Source: Patescibacteria group bacterium
GTDB taxonomy: Bacteria; Patescibacteriota; Patescibacteriia; UBA9934
Direction: 5' to 3'
Length of the DNA stretch: 64,000 nucleotides
NCBI GenBank assembly: GCA_041666145.1
Contig: JBAYHK010000001.1
Location: 67,810 to 131,809 of the forward strand
The position numbers and the translations under genes are program-made. Positions 48,649 to 58,004 of the stretch are shown here, in pieces. The notes under the pieces were generated by a model. It had not been told where the DNA came from. It saw nothing but the letters and a program-made list of their open reading frames with translations, and ran no database searches. Within the stretch, counting starts at the first letter, position 1. The number at the start of each line of letters is the position of its first letter.

Positions 48649-49791
48649 ATGTCTCGTATTTATCTTGATTACGCCGCGGCAACTCCGCTTTCGCCTTCTG
48701 CCTGGATGGCGATGGAGCCATTTTTGTTAAATGAATACGGGAATCCGTCGAGTCTGCACTTAGAAGGCGTTCGAGCACGAAGGGCGCTAGACAAGGCGCA
48801 CGCCGTTGTTGCTGAGTGCATTGGCGCTCATGCCGACGAGATTATTTTTACATCTGGAGCGACAGAGTCAATAAACTTAGCAATTTTTGGAGCACTAAAG
48901 GCCGGTGCTATAAAAGGGAAGCATGTTGTAACTATCGCAACAGAGCATGCTGCGGTTTTGAATGTTTTTCGTGCTGCCGGGGCTGACGTTACTTTGGTTC
49001 CGGTTGATGAGTATGGCCGAGTATTGATTGCTGATGTTGTAGAGGCGATTCGTAATAATACTGTGCTCATTTCGCTCATGATGGTGAATAATGAGATTGG
49101 TGTTGTTCAGGATATTCATGAGATCGGGAAAGCGGTTGATGCGTGGAGAAAATCTAACGGCGCGGTGTATCCGTTGCTGCATACTGACGCGAGCCAGGCT
49201 CCAAATTATCTCGTTGTTGATGTTGAAAAACTTCACGTTGATTTATTGACTCTGTCGAGTCCGAAAGTTTACGGACCAAAAGGAATGGGCGCGCTGTATA
49301 TTCGGAGGAATTCGCCGTGGGAGTCGGTGTTTAGTGGTGGTAAGCAAGAAGGCGGTAGGCGGCCGGGAACAGAAAACGTAGCAGGAGCTGTTGGATTTGC
49401 TTCGGCGCTTTTGGAAACAGTGAAGATGCGCGAAAGAGAGTCGTCTCGTGTTTTTGCGCTTCGCGAACAGTTTATTGAAGGTCTTATTGCGATTGAAGGT
49501 GTGAAATTAAATGGAGATCGCATTCATCGTGTTGCGAATAATGTGAATGTGTCTTGCGCTGGGATTGATGCGGAGGAATTGGTGCTTCGTCTTGATGCTG
49601 CCGGGATTGCAGCATCGACTGGTTCGGCTTGTGGTCACGGCGATGAGCCAAGTCATGCGTTGTTGGCGTTAGGGCTTCCTCTTGACGATGTTCGATCGAG
49701 CATTCGTTTTTCGCTTGGGCGTTTGACGACAAAAGAAGAAATTGAGAAAACTATTAGCACCGTTCAGGAGATCATTGCCGCCATGCGGTAA
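48649..49791 (+). CDS. Cysteine desulfurase (NifS/IscS family)
   Basis: PLP-lysine region SSPKVYGPKGMGALYIRR. Active-site Cys loop SACGHGDE. Class V aminotransferase. Confidence 0.9.
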   Translation: MSRIYLDYAAATPLSPSAWMAMEPFLLNEYGNPSSLHLEGVRARRALDKAHAVVAECIGAHADEIIFTSGATESINLAIFGALKAGAIKGKHVVTIATEHAAVLNVFRAAGADVTLVPVDEYGRVLIADVVEAIRNNTVLISLMMVNNEIGVVQDIHEIGKAVDAWRKSNGAVYPLLHTDASQAPNYLVVDVEKLHVDLLTLSSPKVYGPKGMGALYIRRNSPWESVFSGGKQEGGRRPGTENVAGAVGFASALLETVKMRERESSRVFALREQFIEGLIAIEGVKLNGDRIHRVANNVNVSCAGIDAEELVLRLDAAGIAASTGSACGHGDEPSHALLALGLPLDDVRSSIRFSLGRLTTKEEIEKTISTVQEIIAAMR

Positions 49792-49824
49792 GTTCGGTAC
49801 GCTCTTTCCAGTAATTTTTCTTCT

Positions 49825-50088
49825 ATGAAGCTTCGAATCGTTGTGGATCCAGATTTGTGTATTGGTGCAGCAAGTTGCGTGACTATTGCTTCAGATACTT
49901 TTGTCATGAACACGGAGAATAAGGCTGAAGTCATCGACCATGGCGAGGCGATCGGTGCTTCGACCAATGAGCGCACTATCGAGGTGACCGAAGAAGAAAA
50001 GGCGAACATTCTTTTAGGCGCTCAGTCCTGTCCAACGCTTGCAGTATCGATTTTTGATGAAAACGGAACGCAAATTTATCCGGCATAA
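49825..50088 (+). CDS. Ferredoxin (mono-cluster, 3Fe-4S/4Fe-4S type)
   Basis: VVDPDLCIGAASCVTIAS...CPTLAI pattern. 87 aa. Confidence 0.75.
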   Translation: MKLRIVVDPDLCIGAASCVTIASDTFVMNTENKAEVIDHGEAIGASTNERTIEVTEEEKANILLGAQSCPTLAVSIFDENGTQIYPA

Positions 50089-50091
50089 CGT

Positions 50092-51273
50092 ATGGAAAAT
50101 GTTGTCATTCTTGGCGGCGGCATTGCAGGAACAAGCGCGGCAGAAGAGCTTCGGAAGCTTGATGTTGATGTGAACATAACACTCGTTGAGCAAGAACATC
50201 ATCCGCTCTATTCTCGAGTCATTCTTGGGCACTATGTCATGGGAAAGGTTCCACGGGAAAAGGTTTTTTTGAAAACATGGGAGTGGTATGAAAATCAGCG
50301 CATTGATGTCATGCCAAGCGTTCGTATCGAGGCCATTGATTGTGTAAACCGCTTTGTGAAAACGAGCGAAGGGCGTGAGCTTCCGTTCGATGCTCTTGTC
50401 ATTGCAGCGGGAAGTGAGTTGAACACGATTGGTGGTGAACCGCGTGGCGTTTCGTATTTACGAGGAATTGATGATGCGGATGAATTGATTGCATTGATTC
50501 GTGAAGTAAAGATGCGGCCGAAGGAAGAACAACGAGCTGTAGTCATCGGCGGAGGATTTATTGCTTTTGAATACATCAACATTTTTGCGCACTTCAATAT
50601 TCCTTGTGACGTTGTTTTGCGCGGGAAAGGATTTTGGTCGCATGTATTGTCTGAGCATGCGCAAGATGTGCTTATGAAGAAAGCGAAGGCGAATGGCTTG
50701 GCTATTCATACGAACGTAAAAGAGTTTGAACTTATTGGAGCGAAAAATATCGAAGGCGTGAAGCTCGCCGATGGCACGTTTTTGCCAGCGGCGATTGTTG
50801 GCGTTGGCATTGGCACACATCCAGAAAAGTCGTTCTTTAAAGAACAGGGATTCGATGTCGAGCGCGGCATTTTGACGAATGAATATCTTGAAACAAAGTA
50901 TCCAAGTGTTTACGCGGTCGGAGATAGCGCAGAATTCTTTGATGTGCTTGCTGGTCGATCTGTTTGCTACGGAAACTGGATGAACGCGCAGATGCAAGGA
51001 AGAGCTGTTGCAAAAGCGATAGCGGGGGAGCGCTCTGTGTTCGAACTTGTTTCAAGTTATTCGACGAACCTTTTTGGTCTGCAGATGGTGTTCGTTGGTG
51101 ACCTTGATCGTGCCGCTGCTGAAGAGACAAAAATGATCAAGGCGACGGGCGATGCTTCAGTTGAGGTATTCTTGAGAGGAGGAAAAATTGTTGCGGCAAT
51201 TTTGATTGGAGACGTGTCTGAACGTGCTGCAATTACAGCGCAAATTCGTGAAAATCATTTTTTGCGAATGTGA
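50092..51273 (+). CDS. FAD-dependent pyridine-nucleotide-disulfide oxidoreductase, ferredoxin/rubredoxin reductase-like
   Basis: VVILGGGIAGTSAAEEL (FAD GxGxxG). VVIGGGFIAFE (NAD GxGxxG). AVGDSAEF. Confidence 0.8.
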   Translation: MENVVILGGGIAGTSAAEELRKLDVDVNITLVEQEHHPLYSRVILGHYVMGKVPREKVFLKTWEWYENQRIDVMPSVRIEAIDCVNRFVKTSEGRELPFDALVIAAGSELNTIGGEPRGVSYLRGIDDADELIALIREVKMRPKEEQRAVVIGGGFIAFEYINIFAHFNIPCDVVLRGKGFWSHVLSEHAQDVLMKKAKANGLAIHTNVKEFELIGAKNIEGVKLADGTFLPAAIVGVGIGTHPEKSFFKEQGFDVERGILTNEYLETKYPSVYAVGDSAEFFDVLAGRSVCYGNWMNAQMQGRAVAKAIAGERSVFELVSSYSTNLFGLQMVFVGDLDRAAAEETKMIKATGDASVEVFLRGGKIVAAILIGDVSERAAITAQIRENHFLRM

Positions 51274-51286
51274 TAGGATAATCCAC

Positions 51287-52351
51287 ATGAACCTCGATCA
51301 CAACAAAACATACGCAACGTTGGATGCTACAGACATCCGTTTTGGCATTGAACATTTGCCAGAGCAAATTCGTATTGCGTGGCACGAAACGCGAGAACTC
51401 ATTCTCCCGGAATCATTTCGTCGTGCATCGAATATCGTCGTTGCCGGGATGGGCGGCTCTGCACTTGGTTCGCACATGTTGGCGACTGCATTTTCTGATC
51501 GTTTGAGCGTTCCCATTTCTATCGTCAATGACTACCACCTGCCAGCATGCGTCACAAAAAAGACGTTGGTGATTCTGTCGAGTTTTTCTGGAACAACTGA
51601 AGAAGTTCTCGCATGTTCTTTTGAAGCAGAAAAAATCGGCGCGATGATTGTGGTTATTGCTTCAGGAGGTGAGCTCGCAAAACGAGCAACGAAAAAGAAG
51701 TGGCCACTTTATCAATTTGATCCAGGAGAACTTGCTCGTCAGCCGCGCATGGGAACGGGTTTTTCACTTGCTGGAGTGCTCGGCATTCTTGAGCGCGCAA
51801 GGCTTATGAAGATTTCAGATGCAGAAATCGACAGGATGGTTATTGCGATGGACGAGGTTATTGATACATGCGCAGTGGATGTTCCAGCAAAAGAAAATCC
51901 AGCAAAGACTGTTGCAAAGTCCATGAAGGATTCAGTGGTTTTTCTCATAGCCGCAGAGCATCTTGTTGGTGTTTCTCACATGTTTACAAACTGTATTCAT
52001 GAAACTGCAAAACAATTCGCTGTACATTTCCCGCTTCCAGAATTGAATCACCACTTACTTGAGGGATTGACGTATCCAAAGTCTTTCTCATCAAAAGCGG
52101 TTGCATTCATGATGCAATCGTCGCTGTATAGCGAGCGCATTCAAAAGCGCATTGTTGTGACAGCAGACTCTCTTGAGCGCCAAGGCTTAACGGTCATTGA
52201 TTACGAAGCGCACGGAACGGATCGTTTAGAAGAGGTGGGTGAAATGTTGCAGTTTGCCAGCTTTGTTGCGTATTACATGGCCATGCAAAACGGCGTTCAT
52301 CCAGAAGAGATTCCATTCGTCGATGCATTCAAGAAAGAAATGGCGAAATAA
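51287..52351 (+). CDS. Bifunctional phosphoglucose/phosphomannose isomerase (SIS domain, archaeal-type PGI/PMI)
   Basis: VAGMGGSALG and ILSSFSGTTEE SIS motifs. Size and architecture of PGI/PMI family. Strong terminator at 52353..52392. Confidence 0.75.
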   Translation: MNLDHNKTYATLDATDIRFGIEHLPEQIRIAWHETRELILPESFRRASNIVVAGMGGSALGSHMLATAFSDRLSVPISIVNDYHLPACVTKKTLVILSSFSGTTEEVLACSFEAEKIGAMIVVIASGGELAKRATKKKWPLYQFDPGELARQPRMGTGFSLAGVLGILERARLMKISDAEIDRMVIAMDEVIDTCAVDVPAKENPAKTVAKSMKDSVVFLIAAEHLVGVSHMFTNCIHETAKQFAVHFPLPELNHHLLEGLTYPKSFSSKAVAFMMQSSLYSERIQKRIVVTADSLERQGLTVIDYEAHGTDRLEEVGEMLQFASFVAYYMAMQNGVHPEEIPFVDAFKKEMAK

Positions 52352-52400
52352 AAAATTCCCTCTCAGAAAGTGAGAGGGAATTTTTTTTATTTCGTCCTTT

Positions 52401-52494
52401 GTCATTGCGAGGAGGTAATCCGACGAAGCAATCTTGGTTTGTTCGTGTAAAGATTGCTTTCTGGCCATGCTGGATGCTGCGCTCGCGATGACGG
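52401..52494. repeat. REP/MITE-like element copy B (GTCATTGCGAGGAGGTAATCCGACGAAGCAATCTTGG plus degenerate inverted arm)
   Basis: Same motif as copy A. Follows the PGI/PMI terminator. Confidence 0.65.
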
Positions 52495-52520
52495 ATAAGT
52501 ATCTTTTTGTGAGCTAATAG

Positions 52521-52760
52521 CTACTTGAAAAGTTCGTCTCGTTTTACTTTCGCGATAGCGAACAGATAAATGATTTCTAGAATTCCCATCGTGTTTACAA
52601 GAAGAAGCACGATGAACCACCACGGCTGCTTTCGTTTTGCAGAGTGCCAGAGTGCGAGGCCTTTCCAGAAGAAGGACCACACAAGAAGAATAATAAATGG
52701 CCCAGTAATCGCAACCGGAAGTCCAAACCCCACGTTGAGTGACTGAAGAGTGTTCATCAT
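52521..52760 (-). CDS. Small two-TM membrane protein
   Basis: 79 aa, two hydrophobic helices. Confidence 0.45.
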   Translation of the reverse strand: MMNTLQSLNVGFGLPVAITGPFIILLVWSFFWKGLALWHSAKRKQPWWFIVLLLVNTMGILEIIYLFAIAKVKRDELFK

Positions 52761-52855
52761 ATGGTGTAAGCATGCACTTTTTCAAAAGACTTGTCGATCA
52801 TGCATTCTTTCTCATTTGCATAATATAATGCATACTTTGTTCGATCTTTATCCTG

Positions 52856-54121
52856 ATGATTTTTATGAATTTTATTGCTTGGATACGCCGTTTTTCTCTT
52901 TCATGTTTTCTCATTCTTTCACTATTCGGATTCGCGGCCGCTCCGATGTCTGTCTTTGCAGTATCGCTGGAAGACGCTCGAATTGTTGACGCGTACTTTT
53001 TTTGGGGTGACGGATGCCCACACTGTGCAAAGGAGGAGATTTTTTTGTCACAGTTGGAGGATGAATATCCAACATTGGCAATGCATCGATTTGAAATCTT
53101 TTATAGCCGAGAAAATGCAGCGTTATTACAGAGTGTTGGGTCATTGCTAAAAAAAGATGTTACTGGGGTTCCGTTCTTGGTCATCGGTAATGAGTCATTT
53201 GCTGGATATTCAGAAGGATCCTCCGATCGTCTTATCGAGGCGCGTATTCAAGAATGTGCTCAGTCATTATGTTCAGACTCTGTTGCTGCAATTGTTTCGC
53301 CAACCGATTCTGCAAATATTCCACATTCGATTGACGCCGAACCCACACTCGAGCATTCGATAAACGATTCTGCGAGTTCGGTGAGCGTGCCTTTTTTTGG
53401 AGATGTTTATCTGACCGAGCTTTCGCTTCCGATTCTTTCGATTGTTCTTGGCGTACTTGATGGTTTTAATCCGTGTGCAATGTGGGTGTTGATTTTTCTT
53501 ATTAGCATGTTGATTGGAATGAAGAATCGTTCGCGAATGTGGGCGCTGGGCGGAGCCTTTATTGTTGTCTCTGCTGCGGTTTACTTTCTTTTCATGTCTG
53601 CATGGCTTGAGCTGATTCTTTTCTTAGGATTCATTAGTGCCATTCGAGCGATTATTGGCCTGGTGGCGTTGGTTGGTGGTGGATACAGCCTTCGAGAATA
53701 TTTTGTGAATAAAGAAGCGGTCTGTAAGGTCGGTGACGCGCAAGGACGGAAAAAGACGATCGATCGAATAAAGGAAATCGTGAGCGAACGATCATTTCTT
53801 GTTGCGCTGGTTGGCATTGTTGCGCTCGCATTTGCCGTCAATCTTGTTGAGCTTGTTTGTTCGGCGGGATTCCCAGCAGTCTTCACGCAGATCTTGTCGG
53901 AGAATGACCTTCCACGATGGCAATATTACGGCTACATCTTTCTTTACATTTTCTTCTTCATGATAGACGACCTCTTTGTTTTCTTTGTTTCGATGATTAC
54001 GCTGCAAACAACAGGACTCACAACGAAATACATTCGTGCCTCCCGTCTTATCGGCGGAGTTCTCATGTTGGTTATTGGTCTTCTTCTTTTGTTCCGTCCA
54101 GAATGGTTGATGTTTGGTTAG
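52856..54121 (+). CDS. Thioredoxin-domain fused to CcdA/DsbD-like transmembrane disulfide transporter
   Basis: N-terminal signal-anchor plus Trx domain WGDGCPHC. Membrane domain with conserved Cys in LDGFNPCAMWVL and VELVCSAGFP. Confidence 0.75.
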   Translation: MIFMNFIAWIRRFSLSCFLILSLFGFAAAPMSVFAVSLEDARIVDAYFFWGDGCPHCAKEEIFLSQLEDEYPTLAMHRFEIFYSRENAALLQSVGSLLKKDVTGVPFLVIGNESFAGYSEGSSDRLIEARIQECAQSLCSDSVAAIVSPTDSANIPHSIDAEPTLEHSINDSASSVSVPFFGDVYLTELSLPILSIVLGVLDGFNPCAMWVLIFLISMLIGMKNRSRMWALGGAFIVVSAAVYFLFMSAWLELILFLGFISAIRAIIGLVALVGGGYSLREYFVNKEAVCKVGDAQGRKKTIDRIKEIVSERSFLVALVGIVALAFAVNLVELVCSAGFPAVFTQILSENDLPRWQYYGYIFLYIFFFMIDDLFVFFVSMITLQTTGLTTKYIRASRLIGGVLMLVIGLLLLFRPEWLMFG

Positions 54122-54788
54122 CGTTACAATGTTTGCATATTCTTTCTCATCTTTTATGTCGCGATTCGCTTCACCGTTTCGAGATTATCTTTTAATGGAT
54201 GCCAATTGGGTTATTAAGTTTCTTACAATTTCTGACATCTTTCTCACCGGCGCTCGAGGATTTCTTACTCCAATCTTTGCAATCTTCGCGGTCGAAGCAA
54301 TCTCTGGAGCGACTGTAGAAACCATCGGTATCGGTACGACGATTTTTCTTGTAACAAAGAGTCTTTTTCAGGTTCCAGTTGCTTCGCTCATGGATAAGAT
54401 TCGGGGGGAGCGCGATGATTTTTTGATGCTGATTATTGGATCGCTCGTTTCCTCATTATTACCTTTGTTGTTTTTGGTCATGAAGACGCCGGCGCATTTT
54501 TATACAATTCAGTTTTTTGTTGGCATCTCATATGCGTTCATGTTCCCGTCGTATATGGCGATTTTTACTCGACATATTGATCGAGACAGGGAGAGCACAG
54601 AATGGGGAACGTATTTTACGTTGGTCGATCTTGGTTGTGCGATTGCGGCTGCGATTGGTGGCGTTCTTGCTGTTACGGTTGGATTTCCAATTGTGATTAT
54701 TATGACGTCAGTGATTTCATTTTTAGGAACCATTCTTATTCTGCCAATCAGGAAACACATGAGAATGCCGGAGAAGGCGAAGAGATAA
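54114..54788 (+). CDS. Six-TM membrane protein resembling the C-terminal half of an MFS transporter
   Basis: 224 aa, about 6 TM helices. Overlaps the upstream gene by 8 nt. Possibly a half-size transporter or a fragment. Confidence 0.45.
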   Translation: MVSVTMFAYSFSSFMSRFASPFRDYLLMDANWVIKFLTISDIFLTGARGFLTPIFAIFAVEAISGATVETIGIGTTIFLVTKSLFQVPVASLMDKIRGERDDFLMLIIGSLVSSLLPLLFLVMKTPAHFYTIQFFVGISYAFMFPSYMAIFTRHIDRDRESTEWGTYFTLVDLGCAIAAAIGGVLAVTVGFPIVIIMTSVISFLGTILILPIRKHMRMPEKAKR

Positions 54789-54847
54789 ACAAAAGCACAT
54801 CCGGAGAGCGGCGAGCCAGATGGCTCTTGCCGCGCGGATGTGCGCGT

Positions 54848-55585
54848 TTACTCGACCTCGACGACTTCGACCTCGACCCGTAGGTCTTCGAGGACGTCGT
54901 AGGTAGTGATTCGTTCTCCAGAAACTGGGTCTGTCCAGACCAGGTTTTCAACTCGTACCAACAGGCTCGTTCCGGGTGGCGTTCCCGTGCTGTCCCACGT
55001 GATCTTTACTCTGCGCTCTTCGATCGCAGGAACGGTTACTGTCGGAATCGTGATTGGACAAGGGGCCCCTGATCCATCGTCCCAACAGTATCCAATCGTC
55101 CTATCTTCGGCGCCGGTCATAATAGGGTCATTGCTTCCGAAGTTTTCTGGAGGCTCGAGAATTTCCATCGTGGCGCCACCGAGCATGCTCGGATTTTTCA
55201 TCCACGCATAGTCTTCCTCACTGGAGGGTATTTCTTTGTTCCATACAACCATGTAAGCATGATTGATCTTGATGGGGCCGCATCCGTCATATGACCGAAG
55301 GTCGAACTCGATCACGACGTCGTCGCCAGGGTTGATGGTGACCGTCATTGGGCTCATCAGGATGTAGGACAGGAAGGTGTTTGTGGTTACTCCCACTTGC
55401 ATTCCTTCGTCATCAAACTCTCCGTTCCAAACCCAGAATTCACAGTCTGCTGAGGCTTCGGTCTCGTCGACCGCCTCTTCATCGACAGTTTCTGTTGGCG
55501 TGACCTGCGCTGTGTTGGCGCTGGTGTCTTCTTGTTGCGCTGTGCAGCCCATAAGGAGGGCAAACAGGATTGTGGCAGTGGCCAT
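54848..55585 (-). CDS. Hypothetical lipoprotein
   Basis: Lipobox LLMGC. Acidic linker. GC-elevated. Confidence 0.55.
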   Translation of the reverse strand: MATATILFALLMGCTAQQEDTSANTAQVTPTETVDEEAVDETEASADCEFWVWNGEFDDEGMQVGVTTNTFLSYILMSPMTVTINPGDDVVIEFDLRSYDGCGPIKINHAYMVVWNKEIPSSEEDYAWMKNPSMLGGATMEILEPPENFGSNDPIMTGAEDRTIGYCWDDGSGAPCPITIPTVTVPAIEERRVKITWDSTGTPPGTSLLVRVENLVWTDPVSGERITTYDVLEDLRVEVEVVEVE

Positions 55586-56027
55586 GACTTCCTCTCTTTC
55601 TTGTTTTTGGCGATTATCGCCAGTGGTTAAATCGAACGGTGGAAACTAACAGAGAAGTGTAGCAGAAAATGTTTAAACTTTCAATGTTTCGTTCGAATGC
55701 AAAAGGAGGAACTCAAAAAGTCTAAGAAGGCGATGACGTCGTTGCTCAATGAATTAAGAGAAGCGGTCAAGAAGCCAGGAGTTTTTGGTGGTGGATTACA
55801 GACAGCTGTTAGCGCAATCTTGGAAAGAAAAGGGAAGAAAAAGTAATGGTTGTGCGAGTAATACAAAACGACTCAGTGATGAGTCGTTTTGTAGTTGCAG
55901 CGATTGTTGATTTCTTTGTAAGAGCGAAGTGATGCTACTTTTAGGGAATATGGATGCAGTAGTTTGCGAGCTGAATTAAAAATGCCGCCCGTCGTATGTG
56001 ACGACAAGCGGCAGTATGGGCGAGCTT

Positions 56028-56927
56028 TTATCCGCGATTGAGCCATGTGGCGCATTCGGGGCCGAGTTCACGTGTTGCCGTCGTTTCGTAGCTTGAGATG
56101 TCTTCGGCCGTAAGTATGTCTCGCCAGCGACCATTTGTACCTTTATGCATGAACGTTTGAGCTCCTCCGCTCCAGAGGGTGCCGTTGAGGGGAACTATTT
56201 TTGTGCCGTGTGACTTCATATGGTCAAAGCTGCAGTGCAACAGTATGGAATCCCACGAGGTTGGGTCTATCTGGATTTCTAGAAATTTCGCGACTTGATG
56301 GATTGACTTTGGGAGGTCAGTTTTCAAGTCGTGATAGTGAAGAAGCTGAACGTTCGGAAGGTTCCGGATGTCCCACCACGTTTTAACATTTTCCCAAAAT
56401 GGCCACCAAGGATGTCCATTCTTTTCGAGCCAATCCAGAAAGTATTGTCGTACATCTTTTGTTGGGGACTCGATTGGTGGTCCAATTCGATCTGGAGTGT
56501 CGTTGAGTAGGCTGTAATATGCTTCGTTGCCGCTAGCCTGGTGGTTGTGCATGCTCCACACCACATCTCGTCCGTCTCGAGCAATGTAGAGATACTTCAT
56601 GCACGGCGAAAAAACGAGAGCATCGACTGGCAGGTGGGTCTTCACAAAGCGACGGTGCGTCTGCGCTTCGATTTGTGCGAACTTTTCTTCTTTGGTTGGC
56701 ACGCGAAGGTCGATCCATGGCGACATGTCAGCAACCGGAATATCGTCGGCTCCGGAAAAAATGAGCTGAGCAACGATCTGTTGGAGCCAAGTGGTGCCAG
56801 ATTTGGCATACGACGCGATGCAGATATCGTCTTCTCGGAACGGGAATCCGTTCCACATACGAGAGTCGAAATGGTGGTTTCGGAATTCTCGTGTTTTTTG
56901 CGGCCAGTGAATCGAATTTTCAGACAT
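56028..56927 (-). CDS. Cytosolic-type sulfotransferase (Sulfotransfer_1 family)
   Basis: 5'-PSB motif YAKSGTTW and 3'-PB motif RDGRDVVWS for PAPS binding. Confidence 0.85.
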   Translation of the reverse strand: MSENSIHWPQKTREFRNHHFDSRMWNGFPFREDDICIASYAKSGTTWLQQIVAQLIFSGADDIPVADMSPWIDLRVPTKEEKFAQIEAQTHRRFVKTHLPVDALVFSPCMKYLYIARDGRDVVWSMHNHQASGNEAYYSLLNDTPDRIGPPIESPTKDVRQYFLDWLEKNGHPWWPFWENVKTWWDIRNLPNVQLLHYHDLKTDLPKSIHQVAKFLEIQIDPTSWDSILLHCSFDHMKSHGTKIVPLNGTLWSGGAQTFMHKGTNGRWRDILTAEDISSYETTATRELGPECATWLNRG

Positions 56928-57035
56928 CGGATCCTCCTATTTTGCGAAAGAAATTCGCTGAATGAAGGTACGCGAATGAAATCAGGATGAATTATTGATC
57001 ATAAAAAATATGACTAGTAAATCAATGCAAAACCC

Positions 57036-57785
57036 TTGACTGTTCGCGATTTGGCTGTCATAATTATGATGACTATGCTCGGAATTTATTTGGCCAAGCT
57101 TGGCCTGCCAAAAAACACAACAAAAGTATTTGAATCATTGCTTCTATTGGGTGAAACAAAAGCTTCAGACATTATTAAAAAAACCGGCTTACACCGGCAC
57201 CTCGTTTATGAGGCGCTAAAAGATCTTGAAGCGCGGGGGCTTGCAAAACGTTTAGTCAGAAATGATGTGGCGCATTTTCGTATTCTTAGTGCAGATCCGT
57301 TGATTAAAGAAGCAGAAGATCGATACGCTGCCGCCACGGAGATTGCGAGATTGCTTCGCGAAAAGAAAGAAAAGATAGAAAGTACCGTCACTTTTTTTGA
57401 AGGAGTTGAGGGCGTAAACGCCTTTACTGAGCTTGTTTTAGCACAAGGACAAGATTTGGATGTTTTAGGCGGCAACGCTCGATTCAGACAGTTTTATTCA
57501 GAAATTTTTGATCACTGGAATGATCGCAGAATCGAAAAGAAGATACGTTTTCGAGTCTTGGCGCCTAACGAGGTCACCGATGCTCATTTGTATGGAGCGG
57601 CAGAAGTAATAATTCGACGATATGACGCTCGACTATTCCCGGGCGTGGTTTGGATTTTTGGTGATTATTTAGCGCACATTGTTTGGAAGACCAAACAAAA
57701 TACAGAGATCATTCTTATAAAGCAGCCAGATTTGGCCGAGCAGCATCGTGAACTTTTTTCTGCTCTTTGGAAGGTGGCGAAGTAG
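57036..57785 (+). CDS. TrmB-family transcriptional regulator (paralog of 31506..32267)
   Basis: N-terminal wHTH with TrmB-like spacing (KVFESLLLLGETKASDIIKKTGLHRHLVYEALKDLEARGL). C-terminal domain aligns with the first paralog (WIFGDYLAHIVW vs WVMGDYVVMINT). Confidence 0.65.
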   Translation: MTVRDLAVIIMMTMLGIYLAKLGLPKNTTKVFESLLLLGETKASDIIKKTGLHRHLVYEALKDLEARGLAKRLVRNDVAHFRILSADPLIKEAEDRYAAATEIARLLREKKEKIESTVTFFEGVEGVNAFTELVLAQGQDLDVLGGNARFRQFYSEIFDHWNDRRIEKKIRFRVLAPNEVTDAHLYGAAEVIIRRYDARLFPGVVWIFGDYLAHIVWKTKQNTEIILIKQPDLAEQHRELFSALWKVAK

Positions 57786-57906
57786 CGGACGCTTGATTTG
57801 CAACAAAACGACCTATTAAAAGGTCGTTTTGTTGCCGAACATTTGTCGTTCTTTTTGTTATTTTAGCTCCGTGAGCGATCCCCAACATAGCGCTAAGAGT
57901 GAGGTG

Positions 57907-58000
57907 GGATGGCGGTGCCTATGGGTTTAGTATCAGAATCTCGAGAGTTTTTTGAGGATTTTTCGAATCTTTGTTGAGCGACGATTTTGAGGCACGTAGT
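57907..58000. repeat. Dispersed ~95 bp repeat R1 (GGATGGCGGTGCCTATGGGTTTAGTATCAGAAT...GATTTTGAGGCACGTAG)
   Basis: Related copies at 62066..62160 and 63374..63470. Confidence 0.6.
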
Positions 58001-58004
58001 TTAG

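Noticed and set aside
57907-58000. R1/R2/R3 repeats as partial tRNA-Ser 3' fragments (att sites)
   Set aside because: Only about 10 nt (GGATGGCGG) are shared with the tRNA 3' end before divergence. Too short to call, so it is kept only as a note inside the repeat finding.
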